Shown here in pieces: positions 39,111 to 53,108 of a stretch of 64,000 nucleotides of DNA. How positions within the stretch are numbered: the first letter of the stretch is position 1; each line of letters begins with the position of its first letter. Below the pieces are notes generated by a model. That model had not been told where the DNA came from. It did not search any database and saw only the letters and a program-made list of their open reading frames with translations. Source of the stretch: Octopus bimaculoides (Eukaryota); assembly GCF_001194135.2 (NCBI RefSeq), contig NC_068982.1:13543255-13607254 (forward strand), given 5' to 3'. Made by a program: the position numbers and the translations under genes.

Positions 39111-39406
39111 GTGAACAGTGAGGTAAATAATAATCAAGCATCGTATACGCACCTCGCCCAAAGTGATCTGACACAAAACATAGCAGACCTGTATCTTTAT
39201 ATTCATATAAAATATTTATATTAAAAATAACCTATGAATATTTTACTCATAATTTTTTGAAAGATTAAAGCCGTAAATAAAACTCAACACTTGGTATTTA
39301 ATTTAAATATATTACATGACTTTTATCATGAAAGATGTTTTACTACAATATGATCTCCTCGCTCTGTCTTTCTTTCTCTTTCCATATATACATATATGTG
39401 TGTGTG

Positions 39407-39438
<32 letters not shown>

Positions 39439-40209
39439 CGCACATATATATACACATACACACTCACATACACACACATATAACATTATCTAATTTGAAT
39501 ATTTTCTTCTGCAATCATAAATGAGTGAGTGTAACTTTAATGGCTGACAATTATATTTAGATGGAAACTAGGCAACCAGATATCAAACTACCATCATAAA
39601 ATTAATGAAAAATATTGGCAAAAAAGATTTGATAGACATCATATTTATTTCATCACATCCTCTAACAATCAATAGGTCAGTATATTTGGTATCTGAAATC
39701 AATCTGGTGGAAATATTCTCATATATGTTGCTTAAGAAGCAGAAGAGGTTTACACATAAATATCGCATAAATACCACATACAAGTGTATAATCATAGGAC
39801 ACAAAAGAGAGACAGACAAGGAATGTAGCCCCTTTCGAAAAATATGCAAAATTCAATATTCAATATATAACTGGTCTGAAAATATAATTTGTATTCTCGC
39901 ATTCATAGCTAGGTGGTGGGGGTTTGATAGGTTGGGAAAATCTCCGCCTTAGGCTGTGTATGTGCATAAAATATACATAGACGTTTTGTGTACATGCAAA
40001 TATGAATACAACAGGTAGATAATGCCGGATCCATTTTAATTATTCAGTACTCTTTTCAGTCGAAATCTTGGCTACACCCATGATTCTGTTCATATTTAAA
40101 ACTGATGTCTATTTGCTATTATACGGAAAATATCGACATATGAAAAACGGTGTCATGATTATTTCAATGACAGATATAGTATAAAATAATGGGAGAGTTT
40201 AGCCGAAAT

Positions 40210-40480
40210 CACCATAACTGCCATCATCACCCCACCCCCCATCATCATCATCATCATTACCACCACCACCACCACAACCACCACCACCGGCATCATTGTT
40301 GTCATCATCATCATCATCATTAGCGCCATCACCACCATCATCACCATCCCTATCGTTCCCACCTCCACCATAATGATCACCACTACCACCACCGTTGTCG
40401 TCATCATCGTCATCATCATCATCATCATCACATCGTCACCACCACCACCACCACCACAACCACCGTCACTACCACCGTTT
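40210..40480. repeat. (CAT/CAC)n compound microsatellite
   Basis: Directly visible. Confidence 0.9.
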
Positions 40481-40729
40481 ATAGTTCGGCTTCCATGCTG
40501 GCATATGTTGAAGTGTTAGCATGAGAAAAGTAAATTGATGATTAAGCAATTATAATTCAAACTACAAACAAGTAACTATTAAATAAGCTTAATGCATTTA
40601 TTGACAATATCAATAATACCACAAAAATTTATGTCACTTTTTAATCATTTTTCTTTTCCCCAGTAAAATGTAATGTTTGCATCTGGTACACCAATGTTAA
40701 ACCAGGTACCTGAAATATCTGAAAATCGA

Positions 40730-41200
40730 ATATAAATTTGTAAGGCATTGAATATATATATCTTTGAGCATATTCTCTGGAGTTTCTGCTCATTCTTTTT
40801 TTGTAGCTATATATTCCATATGATGCAAGTTCCTGGATTTTTTTTCATTAAAATGCTCATGATGACCCGTTTTTACAAGTTTTCTATTAACTTAAATCCA
40901 AGGACGGTGAGGGCCCCTGCAGCATGGACATTTTCTTGCTTTTACATAAGAGCTTTTAATTATTTATGCAATATTCTTCAGATCATCCTTGTCGTGCTGA
41001 CAAATCCATTGACAATCAGCCGAACTAGATCCTTGCAAATGGAAAGCATAACTTTCTCCAAGCCAGGTTCTTCAGATAGTATGTTCTGTCCATAATGTTT
41101 TTGACTGACTTCTTTTCCACAAATACAACACCAAAACCAGGACATTATCAGCACCATACATTCTTGTTGAAATTCTTCTCTTGTATGACATCAGATGTAT
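40730..41200 (-). mobile_element. Tc1-like (DD34E-type) transposase remnant, catalytic domain
   Basis: Stitched frames: NVWC..GFGVVFVE..IMDRTYYLK..., WICQHDKDDLKNIA (cf. WIFQHDNDPKHTA), MLQGPSPSLDLS/LIENL (cf. WPSQSPDLNPIENLW), KKE*AETPENMLKDIY. Confidence 0.65.
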
Positions 41201-42808
41201 ATTTGACTGTCAGATCAAAGCAAATTAAATTTTGATTCATCAGAATCATGCACCAACATCTAGCCAACATCTAGTTGGGCATTCTTTCTACTCCTTTGTT
41301 CCCTTCCTTATGCCCCCCCCCCCCCNNNNNNNNNNCCCCCCCACTGTACAAGAGTATTGGATGCCTTTTTCTCATGCCACCAGCACATGCAATGATCATC
41401 TTGTAACTGTGCAAGGTTAAGGGCCTATAGGGACTCCTATAACTGAGGGGGTGACTTTAGGGATGAGGGGTGACAGGTAAGAAAAGAGGACGGTGGGGGA
41501 AGGCAGGGAACAGGGGAGAGGGTAGAGATTAGTGACAGGGCTGAGAATGAGAGAAAGGGAGGAACAGAGTTGAAAATATGATTGGGTTGGGGTTGTCTAA
41601 GGGTCTTTAAATCTGGGGTTATACAGTTATAAAAGATGAATATGGACAGGAAGTGTGAGGGGAAGGGGACAGGAAGGTGAAGATCAGAGAGGGATGCAGA
41701 GAAATTCTGAGAGAGTCATCATCATCAGTGTCATCATCCTCATCATCATCATCATTATCAGCATCATCGTCATTTAAAGTCCATTTTTTCTTACTGACGT
41801 GGGTTGGATGGTTTAAAAGGAACTGCCAAGTTGGAAGGTTGGTTCAGGTTCCTGTTTTCTGCTCTGGCATGGTTTCTACAGCTTGATGCCCTTCTTAATG
41901 CCAACCACTTTGCAGAAATGTACTGGGTACTTTTTACATGGCAGTACCAGCATGGGCGCTCTCTATGGGACACCAGCTTGGGTACTTTTCATGTGGCACC
42001 AAGATCATACGCTGTTTATCTTGATATGAGATCACCATGTCGCACACATATGGTTGTGATGCATGTGCCTGGTGTACCCTCTTCAGACAGGTAGTCATAA
42101 TGAGTAGATTGGGCTTCATATATTTAACCCCAGTATACAGAAAGACAGGAAAAAAAAAATAATAATAATAATTATTATTTTTGTAATTGGTACAAGGACA
42201 TCAGTTTTGAGGGGAAGGGATTAGTCAATACTATAAATGCCAGAACTTGACTCCTACTTCATTTTATAGACCCTGAAAGAATGAAAAGCAAAATTGATTT
42301 CACAAATATTTGAACTCAGAATATAAAGAACTGGAATAGATAATACAAAACATTTTTCCCAAAGCACTAACGATTCTGCCAGTGTGACTATTACATTAAA
42401 AGCTATGATGCAACAGCATTTTTCTTTCATTTTCTCCATAAAACAGAATTTCAATGCTGATACTGCATACTAAACAAGCATGTAACTTTTAAAAAATATC
42501 TACTAAGTACAAAACATTGTGTTTTGTGTCACGCAAGAGAGCTGCCATCAAAAAACAGCCTCGTTGCTAAAAGTTAGGTGAAATATTCAAATTGCTTTTA
42601 AAAAGATGTGCTCAGAATATTTCTGCCTCTTTTGTAGTCAGTGACCAACATTGCAGCTTGCCATTTTGTTTTGTTGAATGAGAAAGAAGTGATACACCAA
42701 GAAGTTTCATACAGTGACAAGCTATGAGCTGACGGAGATAGCCAATAGGTGGTCAATCCACTTACTACAAATAGCAGCCAACTCTCCTCCAAACTACTTC
42801 CTACAGCT

Positions 42809-43272
42809 TTCACTCTTTTGATACCAACCTGCCCCAGTCATCATTATCATCGTCATCATCATCGTCATCGTCATCACTTAATACCCATTTTCAATGCTGG
42901 CAAGGGTTGGACAGATTGACAGGAGCTAGCAAGGCCAGGGGTTGTTCCAGGTTCCATAGTTTATTTTGACATGGTTTCTATAGCTGGCTGACCCCACTTT
43001 ACAGAGTGTACTGGGTGCTTTTTGCATAGCACCACCACCAGTGTTTTTCTTTTCTTTTTGCGTGGCACCAGAACCCACACTGATTCTTTTGATGTGGAAC
43101 CTTAATTTTAGGTGGTCTAAGTGATCTAAATAAGACCTTGCATCAAAATTTCCTGTTAAATTATGTTTCAAGGACCAGCACAAAGTTATTTTACTAAATT
43201 CTTCATTATTTCAAAATGAAATGAAACAAAAAGCCATGTATTCCATGGGGAATACGGTAATGAAAGGTTTAA
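42809..43272 (+). mobile_element. Diverged TTAA MITE split by an RTE 3' end (~42835-43080)
   Basis: Left end ctcttttgataccaacc; right end aagttattttactaaattcttc...ggtaatgaaaggtttaa, as in the 25893 family. Confidence 0.5.
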
Positions 43273-43397
43273 ATGAGATAAAAATACATTAGCTAATGTA
43301 AGGTCAATGGATCTTTGTGGATTTCAGTGATGAGTATTTAGTAGTTTTGATCTACCAACTTGTTGAATTGGTATGTAAAGATCTGAAGATTCCACAG

Positions 43398-43910
43398 AGA
43401 TACTCTTTTACTTGTTTCAGTCATTTGACTGTGGCCATGCTGGAGCACCACCTTTAGTTGAGAAAATCGACCCCAGGACTTATTCTTTGTAAACCTAGTA
43501 CTTATTCTATTGGTCTCTATTTGCCGAACCGCTGAGTTATGGGGACGTAAGCACACCAGCATCAGTTGTCAAGTGATGGTGGGGGGACAAACACACAAAT
43601 ACACAGACATATATATGTATATATATATATATATATACGACAGGCTTCTTTCAGTTTCCGTCTACCANNNNNNNNNNGTCAAGTGATGGTGGGGGGACAA
43701 ACACACAAATACACAGACATATATATGTATATATATATATATATATATACGACAGGCTTCTTTCAGTTTCCGTCTACCAAATCCATTCACAAGGCTTTGG
43801 TCGGCCCAAGGCTATAGTAGAAGACACTTGCCCAAGGTGCCATGCAGTGGGACTGAACCCGGAACCATGTGGTTGGTTAGCAAGCTACTTACCACACAGC
43901 CACTCGTGCG
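43398..43910 (-). mobile_element. SINE family A (contains a ~100-bp duplication across a 10-N gap)
   Basis: Full head and tail. Confidence 0.85.
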
Positions 43911-46489
43911 CCTATATATGTAACTTTAATGTAATTCTCAAGTAGAAACAGCAAAACATAGTGTGTGATTATGTTAGACATTTGAATTATGGGTACAACA
44001 CATCTAACATGCTTTTTTATGTAGTTTTTCTATCTGTTTTCACTCACAAGACTTGGGTTAATTCAAAACAATTGGAAAGGGACTTACCTAAGATTCTATG
44101 CAGTGAGAACTTGTAATTGTGAAGTACACTTCTTAATCATTTAGTGAGTCTGTTAAATAATTTAGTTCTAGAAAATACCACTTCCAAGAAGGTATGATCA
44201 TGACTGAAATAAATTTGATCATAAGATCGATTCTGTGGGGTTGACCTGGACTACTCAATAACAATAGTAAGAAAGATGAGAACTTAAAAACAACTAGAGT
44301 GTTGCTTGGCAGTTGTCATGGTGGGAGCTGCTGCTGTTATTGAGTTGAAGGAAAATATATTTCTTGGGCTGTGGGAAGAAATGACTGACAACACCCATTA
44401 ACAATTAACAGATATTTTATTACTACACAGAATTTGAACTGTGTTGGTCTTTTACAAATAATAACAGTAATAATTACATACAGAGTGAGGCTTGGAGTTT
44501 ACAACAAGTTTACTGATATAGCAATCTGTGGCTGGCCTAATCATAACTGGGAAATAATTGTGTTGTATTCATGGTGACAAAAATTACTGTCTGCTATCTG
44601 CCATCTGTTTTAATCAGTTGGCTGTGGAGATGAGAATGGAGACACAATGTGTGGCTGCCTCAACCTTCTACCATCACCACCAATACCCACCTTTGTACCA
44701 GAGAAATTTCTAGAAAATTGAATCATGTGATGGTTTGATGCTGATTGGTTACTTAATAAACCAATCATATGAAACCACTGTGGTTTGATCGTGTTGTCTG
44801 CTCAATTACTTTACAGTTCAGTTTTGAATCACCACTACAAGACCAATATTTCATTGAAACTGTCACTTATTACAAAAATAGAGTTAAAAGAAGGAGGATT
44901 ATTATTTTTCAAATAGCTTTTACAGTAAAAAAAAATAAAATTCCCAACTTAATATATGAAGGATTTCTGATTTCATTTTTTTTTAAATGGGTAAATCTGG
45001 CTAAATATAACCAATGTTAAAAGCAAAAGATTGACTAGCAGGTATACACAGAAAAAAAAATTGCAAAGAATTGATAGATGATAGAATAGTTGTAGCTAAT
45101 GGAATGAGGATTGGGAGAGAATGATTAGAACTGACAGTTATGATAAATAAAGCGAGGAGAGGAATAGTTCTGAGACTGCTCTGTACAACAAGGAGGTTTG
45201 CATGCCAAACTTTGTCAAAACATTATTAATATCAAAAGCTATGAATATGCTTTCATTATAGTCTTTGAAAGCATTTACGTATTACACAGAAAAGTAAGAC
45301 ACCAGGGGATCTGACTTTGTGAAAGCTGTATTGATGGTTGCTATGGTTACTTTTTCAAAGCTATATACTAATAGTTGCTATGGGTTGTTTCATCTATCTT
45401 GAAATAATTTGCAATTCTTAAATGAATAACGGAAGCATATTAGATTGAGATGTTGTTTAGCCCTAGGTCGACCCCTTGAAGTAGGCTTACACTCAAACGC
45501 ATTCCAGCCATAATCATCTCATCAGTTTCTATTCAAGGGTTACATTCTTCAATGATTTTTTTTTCTTATTTAAGACAGTAGTGTATGATTTGAATGAGAT
45601 TTAGCCACTGTTTCTTGCATGTCAAATGACCAAGTAGAAGGATGAAATAAACAGGCAATCCCTGATATAAGACCAAAATAAAATTCAAATAGAAACCAGA
45701 ATAACAATATAAAATGCAAACACAAATGGCTTTTAATTTTCTAAAGAAGTACATAATAATGCATCAAATATGTATAATTATATTGATTTTTTTAGGTATA
45801 AAACATGTCCTATTAAATATCATTTAATGTACACAGAATAAAGATAAGAGCTACTAATAGTTTCATGCTGTGAAGGCATGTGTCTTGGCAGGTTTTTATA
45901 ACTCAGCTTGTGTCTCTAAGCAATCTCCGAGCTCTGAGCACATGGTCTATTCAATCTGCAAATTAGGATACTGGTACTAGAGAAATCACAAGAAAAAAAA
46001 GATGAGAAGGTAGATGCAAAAAGTGGAAGGGTGAATAAAAATGGAAAAAGAAAAAGATTACAGTTATGTCCCCTCTGACCATCCATAGTTAAACTGGTTG
46101 TTATAGAATAATTCAATAGAAAGGAGTCCAAAATATGTGTAACTTGAAAGCAAGAAACTATCAATAGCTTGTATCTTTATACTTTGTACATTAAATGAGA
46201 TTTAACTCTCACTGGATGGAGTTCATTTTTTGTTGATCTTAACTTAACGGAGCAGTAAGCTCATTGTATAAAATATTTAATTGCAGGATAACATTTAAGA
46301 ATAGTTTTATTTACATTTCCTACTGGTTAACAGAAAATACAACTCATGCAAACTAGATCAGCCATCATATCATACAAGGCTCCAATTTTGACATGAAAAA
46401 TAATGCAGAGAAATAAAAAGAAAAAAATGTAAAAAAAAAAACACAGAAATGATAAATATTATAAATAAACTCAATATTTGTACTTGGTT

Positions 46490-47230
46490 GTCTGAGTCAC
46501 TTTGTGAAATGGAGGCCTGAATCAATGTTAATGGTTACATAGTAAGGCTCATTCCTGTTAAGAATGGTGTCAAGCAAGGTGACATCTTTGCTCTAACTCT
46601 CTTTTCCTAGTATTTTGCCATTACTCTCACTCATGCTTTTGTCATACATCACTCTTCTGGGGTTTATGTGAGGTGGCAATCTTCAGGTCGTCTCTTCAAC
46701 TTGCGTTGAGTTGCTGCCAATGCAAAAGTTTGTCAATCTCTTATTTGCAACCTCTTTATGTGGATGATTGCAAATTAGTTGCTGAAACACTTGAGGATAT
46801 GCAAATTTTCATGGATCATATTTCTGCATCTTGCAAAACATTTGAACTTAGCATTGGCTTGGGTAAAACTGTTACAATGTTCTAACTGGCACCAAGAAAC
46901 TATATGAGAACCCAATTTTCTTAGTTGAAGGAACCGTAATGAAAGTGATGAACAAGTTTGTCTATATGGGCAACACTCCCAACCACACTAGCATAGCTAG
47001 AGAGTGGGGTGCGGGCAGGCCGCTCCAGGCGGCACTTTTCATCCTGTTGTAGGCTATTGCTGTAGGCAATAGGTATTTTTTGCAGGGTCTGTGGGTGGCA
47101 AACGGAAGGGCCATCCCAGATAACGGCACACACTCTAGCTACACTAGTGCTCAGCCATTCCCACTTTTTCGATGAGGAAATATCTTTAAGGTTTCAATAG
47201 GCAACTGATTATTTCAGTTCTCTTGAGTCT
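46490..47230 (+). mobile_element. RTE/BovB-like RT remnant split by a MITE
   Basis: PVKNGVKQGDIFALTLF, SSGRLFNLR, LYVDDCKLVAETLEDMQIFMDHISASCKTFELSI..KTVTMF, KFVYMGNTL..DEEISLR. Confidence 0.85.
46986..47149. mobile_element. MITE with ~20-bp TIRs and degenerate 8-bp TSD (hAT-like)
   Basis: CACTAGCATAGCTAGAG...CTCTAGCTACACTAGTG; flanks CCCAACCA / CTCAGCCA (6/8 match). Confidence 0.65.
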
Positions 47231-47329
47231 TGTATGAACATGAGTCTTGAGTCAACATGGCATCATAAGGTAAACAAGGCAAAAAAAGTTTGTGTGTACT
47301 ATGCATGAGTGCTGACGTGACTCGTTTAC

Positions 47330-47650
<321 letters not shown>

Positions 47651-48774
47651 ACCTATGAATATTTTTGGGAAAATCTTTTTGTTCCTTACCAATCATAAAA
47701 CATAGCTCATCCATCCAAACAGCCAGATGGACATTAATTGTCACTTAATCCAAAAAAACTGAAAGAAAAAAAAACGGTAAAAAAAGACAAAAACAACCAC
47801 AATGAAGAAATAAATAAAAAAAGAACAAGAAAGCAATTCATGTAAACAAACTTTTATCATTTATAGCATTTCGCTCTTTGCTCGACCAATGCATTCGAAT
47901 ATGAATGAGTTACCAAATGGAGTTTTATAGCATCAAATGGATGCCATTCATTAGAGTCCATTAATTGGAAGCATTATCAAGATTTCTATACCATTCAATT
48001 TCATCTGTCAAGCAAAGGATATATATATATGTATCATGGTGGTGCTCCAGCATGACCACAGCCACTTGGCTGAAACGCATAAATAAATAAATAAATAAAT
48101 AAATAAATATCTTCCCACTCTCAATCCATCTATGTAATGTTTCTAGAAATTAATGAATTGGTGTCTTCCTTTTTTTTTCTGTTTTGATTTGATTTATTTT
48201 ATTTTATTTTATTTTCATTTAGACTTTAAGACCAGATTTGATTTCTATTCAAATGTTAGTCTGAGAATTTCTTTGAGAATGTAAAAAAAAAAAAAAAAAA
48301 TTCTTGTTTGTTTTTGCTGATGATGGTGGATAACTGATGTTGCTTTTCTTTTGTTTGTTGGGGCTTCATGGCTAGGGAGTTGGACTTATAATTGTAAGAT
48401 TGGGGTTTTGATTACTGCACCAGGTGATACATTGAGTCTTTGAGCAAATACATCATTTCATATTGCTCCAGCAGGCAAAACTGAGTCGTACCAGTAATAA
48501 ACTCACTCTTCATCCAATAGGTTGAGGGTAGGATTAGTATATGTGCCAGGAAATCTGTGAAACTGACCCTAGGAGACAATTTGACTGGGGAAAGAGCTTT
48601 ATCCTGGTCCTTTTCTTTTGTTTTAGTAACTAACAGTGGGTTTCGATGCCCTAGTTTTCTTTTTCTTTTTTCCAGCATTTGTCACTGAATTAGAAGGTTG
48701 TAAAAGGTAAGACATCCATGATTGGTTCTGCTTGCTTAGGTAAGAGATGATTGATATATATGTGTGTGTGTGGC

Positions 48775-49258
48775 CAATGGCAGTACTACCTGATTGGCAC
48801 TTGTGCCGGTGGAATGTTAAAAGCACCATCTGAGCGTGATAGTTGCCAGGGCCAGAGATTGGCTCCCATGCTGGAGGCACATAAAAAGTACCATTCAAGC
48901 ATGATTGTTGCCAGCATCACCTTACTGGCACATGTGCCGGTGGCACACGAAAAACAACATTTGAGCATGGTTGTTGCCAGTGCTGCTGGACTGGCTCCCA
49001 TGCAGGTAGCATCTAAAAAACACCTTTTGAGTGTGGACGTTGCCAGAACCATCTGACTGGCTCTCATGCCAGTGGTACTTGAAAGCACCCACTACACTCT
49101 CAGAGTGGTTGGCATTAGGAAAGGCATCCAGCTGTAGAAACTTTGCCAAATCAGATTGGAGCCTGGTGCAGCCTTCTGGCTTGCCAGTCCTCAGTCAAAC
49201 CATCCAACCCATGCCAGTATGGAAAACGGATGTTAAACGACGATGATGACGATGATGA
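48775..49258 (+). mobile_element. RTE 3'UTR with multi-unit array and (GAT)n tail
   Basis: About 4-5 units followed by the canonical terminus. Confidence 0.85.
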
Positions 49259-49326
49259 TATATATATATATATATATATANNNNNNNNNNNNNNNNNNNN
49301 NNNNNNNNNNNNNATATAAAAATATA

Positions 49327-49706
49327 CAAGGTGCAGTGAATATATTGTCTAAAGTACGCAAAAATTAAAATAACACTTACATCTCATTTTAACAGATATA
49401 TTTACCAAAATTACATACAAATATCTTGAAATATGAAAGACTAAATATATTCAATAGAATCACCACCAGCTTCAACCATGGCCTCCAGACGACTTTGGAA
49501 TCTTCTGCAACTCTTCTCGATGGTCTCGTTGGTGAATGCTGCTGTAATACTTGCCTTCAGCTCATCTTTGGTGTTACAAGGGGTTTTGTTGGTCTCTCGC
49601 TCAGTTGTGACCCACAAATAATAAACAAGGGGGTTATAGTCTGGTGAGTTAGGTGGCCGGATTTTAGGGATGATGTGGTCACAGAAATTATCTCACAGCC
49701 ATGACT
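49327..49706 (-). mobile_element. Tc1/mariner 3' end, maT/DD37D-like transposase C-terminus
   Basis: QSWL*DNFCDHIIPKIRPPNSPDYNPLVYYLW...ERETNKTPCNTKDELKASI...CRRFQSRLEAMVEAGGDSIE; end TA|CAAGGTG at 49325-49333. Confidence 0.8.
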
Positions 49707-49766
49707 GGTGTCTTGGGGAAATTCTCATTTCTAAGGTATTTTTCGATGTTAACCACTATGCCATAT

Positions 49767-49962
49767 GACCAGAATAATAATAATAATAATAACAATAATA
49801 ATAATAATAATAATAATAACATTGAAAAATACCTTAGGAATGAGAACCCAGGTTCAAAATTTCCCCAAGACACCTGATGAAGGCTGGAGGGTATATCAGC
49901 CGAAACATTGTTAACAACAAACAAGATGAGGACAAATATCTGTCAAATGTAAATAATGTAAA
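49767..49962 (+). mobile_element. SINE body with (AAT)n and hammerhead-bearing PLE-like tail; preceded by an inverted partial copy at 49707-49770
   Basis: Homologous to 61270-61475; contains CTGATGA-A-GGCTG(GAGGGTATAT)CAGCC-GAAAC. Confidence 0.7.
49869..49912 (+). ncRNA. Hammerhead ribozyme motif, cleavage-site region partly decayed
   Basis: GACAC-CTGATGA-A-GGCTG..CAGCC-GAAAC-ATT-GTT. Core and stem II are intact; stems III and I are imperfect. Confidence 0.55.
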
Positions 49963-49963
49963 T

Positions 49964-50146
49964 TATGGTATTTTAACGTGAATAAAGAACCCTTTTTTGT
50001 CAAAAATTAGGTTAAAAAAATATGGGAGTTTCTTATACATGAATAATATTATAATCCCTTACAAAGCCTTTTTTCCAAATTTTAAGCCCCCAAAATTAGG
50101 GGATTCATTATACACGAGGATTTTTTATACACGTTATAATATGGTA
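49964..50146. mobile_element. TA-type (pogo/Tc1-like) MITE
   Basis: Imperfect TIR TATGGTATTTTAACGTGAATAA vs TTATACACGTTATAATATGGTA. Confidence 0.5.
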
Positions 50147-50519
50147 ATTCCTATTATAGGCATTGAATTTAAGTATGATGCTTGAATATGTTATATAGCA
50201 CTAGAATAGCTTATCTGTTTTGGGTTAAGTGACTATGAAAATTATCTGTGATCCTTGTGCGAAATGTGGTCAGCCAGTACAGTTAGTTTACACCAGTAAA
50301 ATGTTTATATAGACTAAATTTGGCAAGAGGTGATGGCAGCATCTCTTTGGTGTAATTTGTAAGTTGATAGATACAAGATTAAAGCCTCATGGGAGAGACT
50401 TCACTCATTTTCAGGGCCACTTTATTGTCTGCAAATATATTATGTAATTTATATTTATGAACTCAAGTATCAAAGTTTAACTAGTAATTATATATATATA
50501 TATATAAGCGAGGGTGGTT

Positions 50520-50870
50520 TAGTATATACATATAGGTGAATGTACGGATTGGTGCGCTTACGCGAACACTATAGACTTTTCTACTTCCTTACCCTTACCC
50601 CCTCCCCTTACTTAGCGGTCTATAGCTCTTTTGTCTTAATAACGGTCAACCACACAGTAATTTCCCTTTGTTTAACGGTCATTTTGCACAGGAATTTTCA
50701 ATGGCCGGATAACTGGAGAGATGTTGGTGTGGGTTCCCACCCCAGCATCCGAAACCCGGAGTTTTATCATGGCTACTGAATAAGTGTCACATATTTTTAC
50801 AGATAAATTCCTCTTATTTACATAATATCGAGGTCTCTTTCTTTCATTTGTTGTCCTTTCTATCAATACA
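50520..50870 (+). mobile_element. Probable Penelope-like pLTR fragment between (TA)n tracts, with a hammerhead-like motif at 50708-50768
   Basis: GATAA-CTGGAGA-GATGTTGGTGTGGG(TT)CCCACCCCAGCATC-C-GAAAC-CCGGA-GTT-TTATC. Confidence 0.5.
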
Positions 50871-52158
50871 TATATATATATATATATATANNNNNNNNNN
50901 NNNNNNNNNNNNNNNNNNNNNNNNNNNNNNNNNNNNNNNNNNNNNNNNNNNNNNNNNNNNNNNNNNNNNNNNNNNNNNNNNNNNNNNNNNNNNNNNNNNN
51001 NNNNNNNNNNNNNNNNNNNNNNNNNNNNNNNNNNNNNNNNNNNNNNNNNNNNNNNNNNNNNNNNNNNNNNNNNNNNNNNNNNNNNNNNNNNNNNNNNNNN
51101 NNNNNNNNNNNNNNNNNNNNNNNNNNNNNNNNNNNNNNNNNNNNNNNNNNNNNNNNNNNNNNNNNNNNNNNNNNNNNNNNNNNNNNNNNNNNNNNNNNNN
51201 NNNNNNNNNNNNNNNNNNNNNNNNNNNNNNNNNNNNNNNNNNNNNNNNNNNNNNNNNNNNNNNNNNNNNNNNNNNNNNNNNNNNNNNNNNNNNNNNNNNN
51301 NNNNNNNNNNNNNTAAGTGTATGTGTGTGTGTGTGTGTATCTGTATTAATACATCTAGGATACCGTTCTTCATTGCTGTTGCTGGTGTTGTACAACCACA
51401 ATCTGCCTCTAATCAAGCAGACATATAATAAAAAGCATTCCAGCAATGACTATTTCTTTCTTTTTTTTTTATTCAGGCATAGTATTTCCTTGGAGTACAT
51501 TATCTAATGCATCTTCATTTACGTGATGGCAGGGTACCTTTAAGGGAGATTTAGCAATTATTTCTAGCAAGACAGGTGACCACATAAAGATGCCCAATTT
51601 GGCTTTGTACGTTCTTATGATGTGTTCATATTGGGTTGTTAAATGAAAAAAAAAAAAATAGTGATAGGAATACCTCTATAACAAAAAATCTTACACCCTT
51701 GTTAGTTATTTGATGAAAGCAGTTAGATGAAAGTGAAATGACACAAATTTAAATGTATGGATGACCTGAAGCAATAACTTTGACATTAATTATCTCTATT
51801 CTTCTTTCATAAGAAGGGACGGCTGTGCTGTCTTTCTAAAAGATAATGTACAACAAACTACATTTACTAGCTCAACAGAAAAGATCAACTCAAAAGCAAG
51901 ATAAACAATTTTTGGAAGTCTGATAAGATGAGTTAATGATGTGAAATACTTGAATGGTATTTAATTCTACTTGCTTTCAGCCATCTATATTGTTCATATT
52001 GGAAGCAACTATGTGAACAGATAAAGCTTTGTTTCCCATATATATATATATATATANNNNNNNNNNNNNNNNNNNNNNNNNNNNNNNNNNNNNNNNNNNN
52101 NNNNNNATCTTATATATATGTATATATGTGTATATATGCATATATAGCATATATATAT

Positions 52159-52189
<31 letters not shown>

Positions 52190-52248
52190 CATATATATAA
52201 ATATATGTACACACACACACATGTATATGTATTATACATATGTACATA

Positions 52249-52315
<67 letters not shown>

Positions 52316-52339
52316 GTACTTATACATATGTATATGTCT

Positions 52340-52404
<65 letters not shown>

Positions 52405-53108
52405 CACACACACACACACATGTAATGTATATGTATTTATTCTATGATTTGTAGACAGTTGCACTTCTCAACTTGATTAACCGAAATATAATCACATTAT
52501 ATTTTATTCCATTTATACTCCTAACATTTATTTTTTTTAAAACACTCCCACAAAGAAAACTAGGAAATAAATATTTGAATGGTACTTTGAAACGAATAGG
52601 AAAGAACATGGCTTGAAGCAAATGTAATGGCTGCTGGAAGCAGATGTTACAGATGTCTCTATTACTTCTGCATTTCATAATAACGACAGTTTCCTTTATT
52701 GAGAAAATAATAATTATTTCCAACATAGGCACAAGGCCACAAATTTGGGGTGATGGGGTATTTAATCGCAATTGATCCCAGTATTTGGTTGGTAATGATT
52801 TTTGTCGACCCTGAAAAGATGAAAAGTGGGATCAGAGTCTAAAAGATTGCAACTAAATACCACAAGGCTTTTGTTTAATATTTTATTGATTCTACCGTTT
52901 CACGAAACTTGTAATATCACTAATAAGTATAAAGCTGTGAGCTGGCAGAATCGTTAGTAGACTATTTAGTAGCACTTTGTCCACATTTATGTTCTGAGTT
53001 CAAATTCGACTGTGGTTGGCTTTAAGTACCAGTTAAGCATTGGCGTTGAAGTAATCGAGAGACTCCTTTCCCCAAAATTGTTGACCTTGTGCCAAAATTT
53101 TGAAATCA

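Noticed and set aside
39605-39952. 115-aa ORF
   Set aside because: I/K/F-rich composition typical of random AT-rich ORFs; no motif.
45920-46180. Possible CR1 3'-end remnant (LFNLQIR..DKVDA..KL)
   Set aside because: Too degraded to support.
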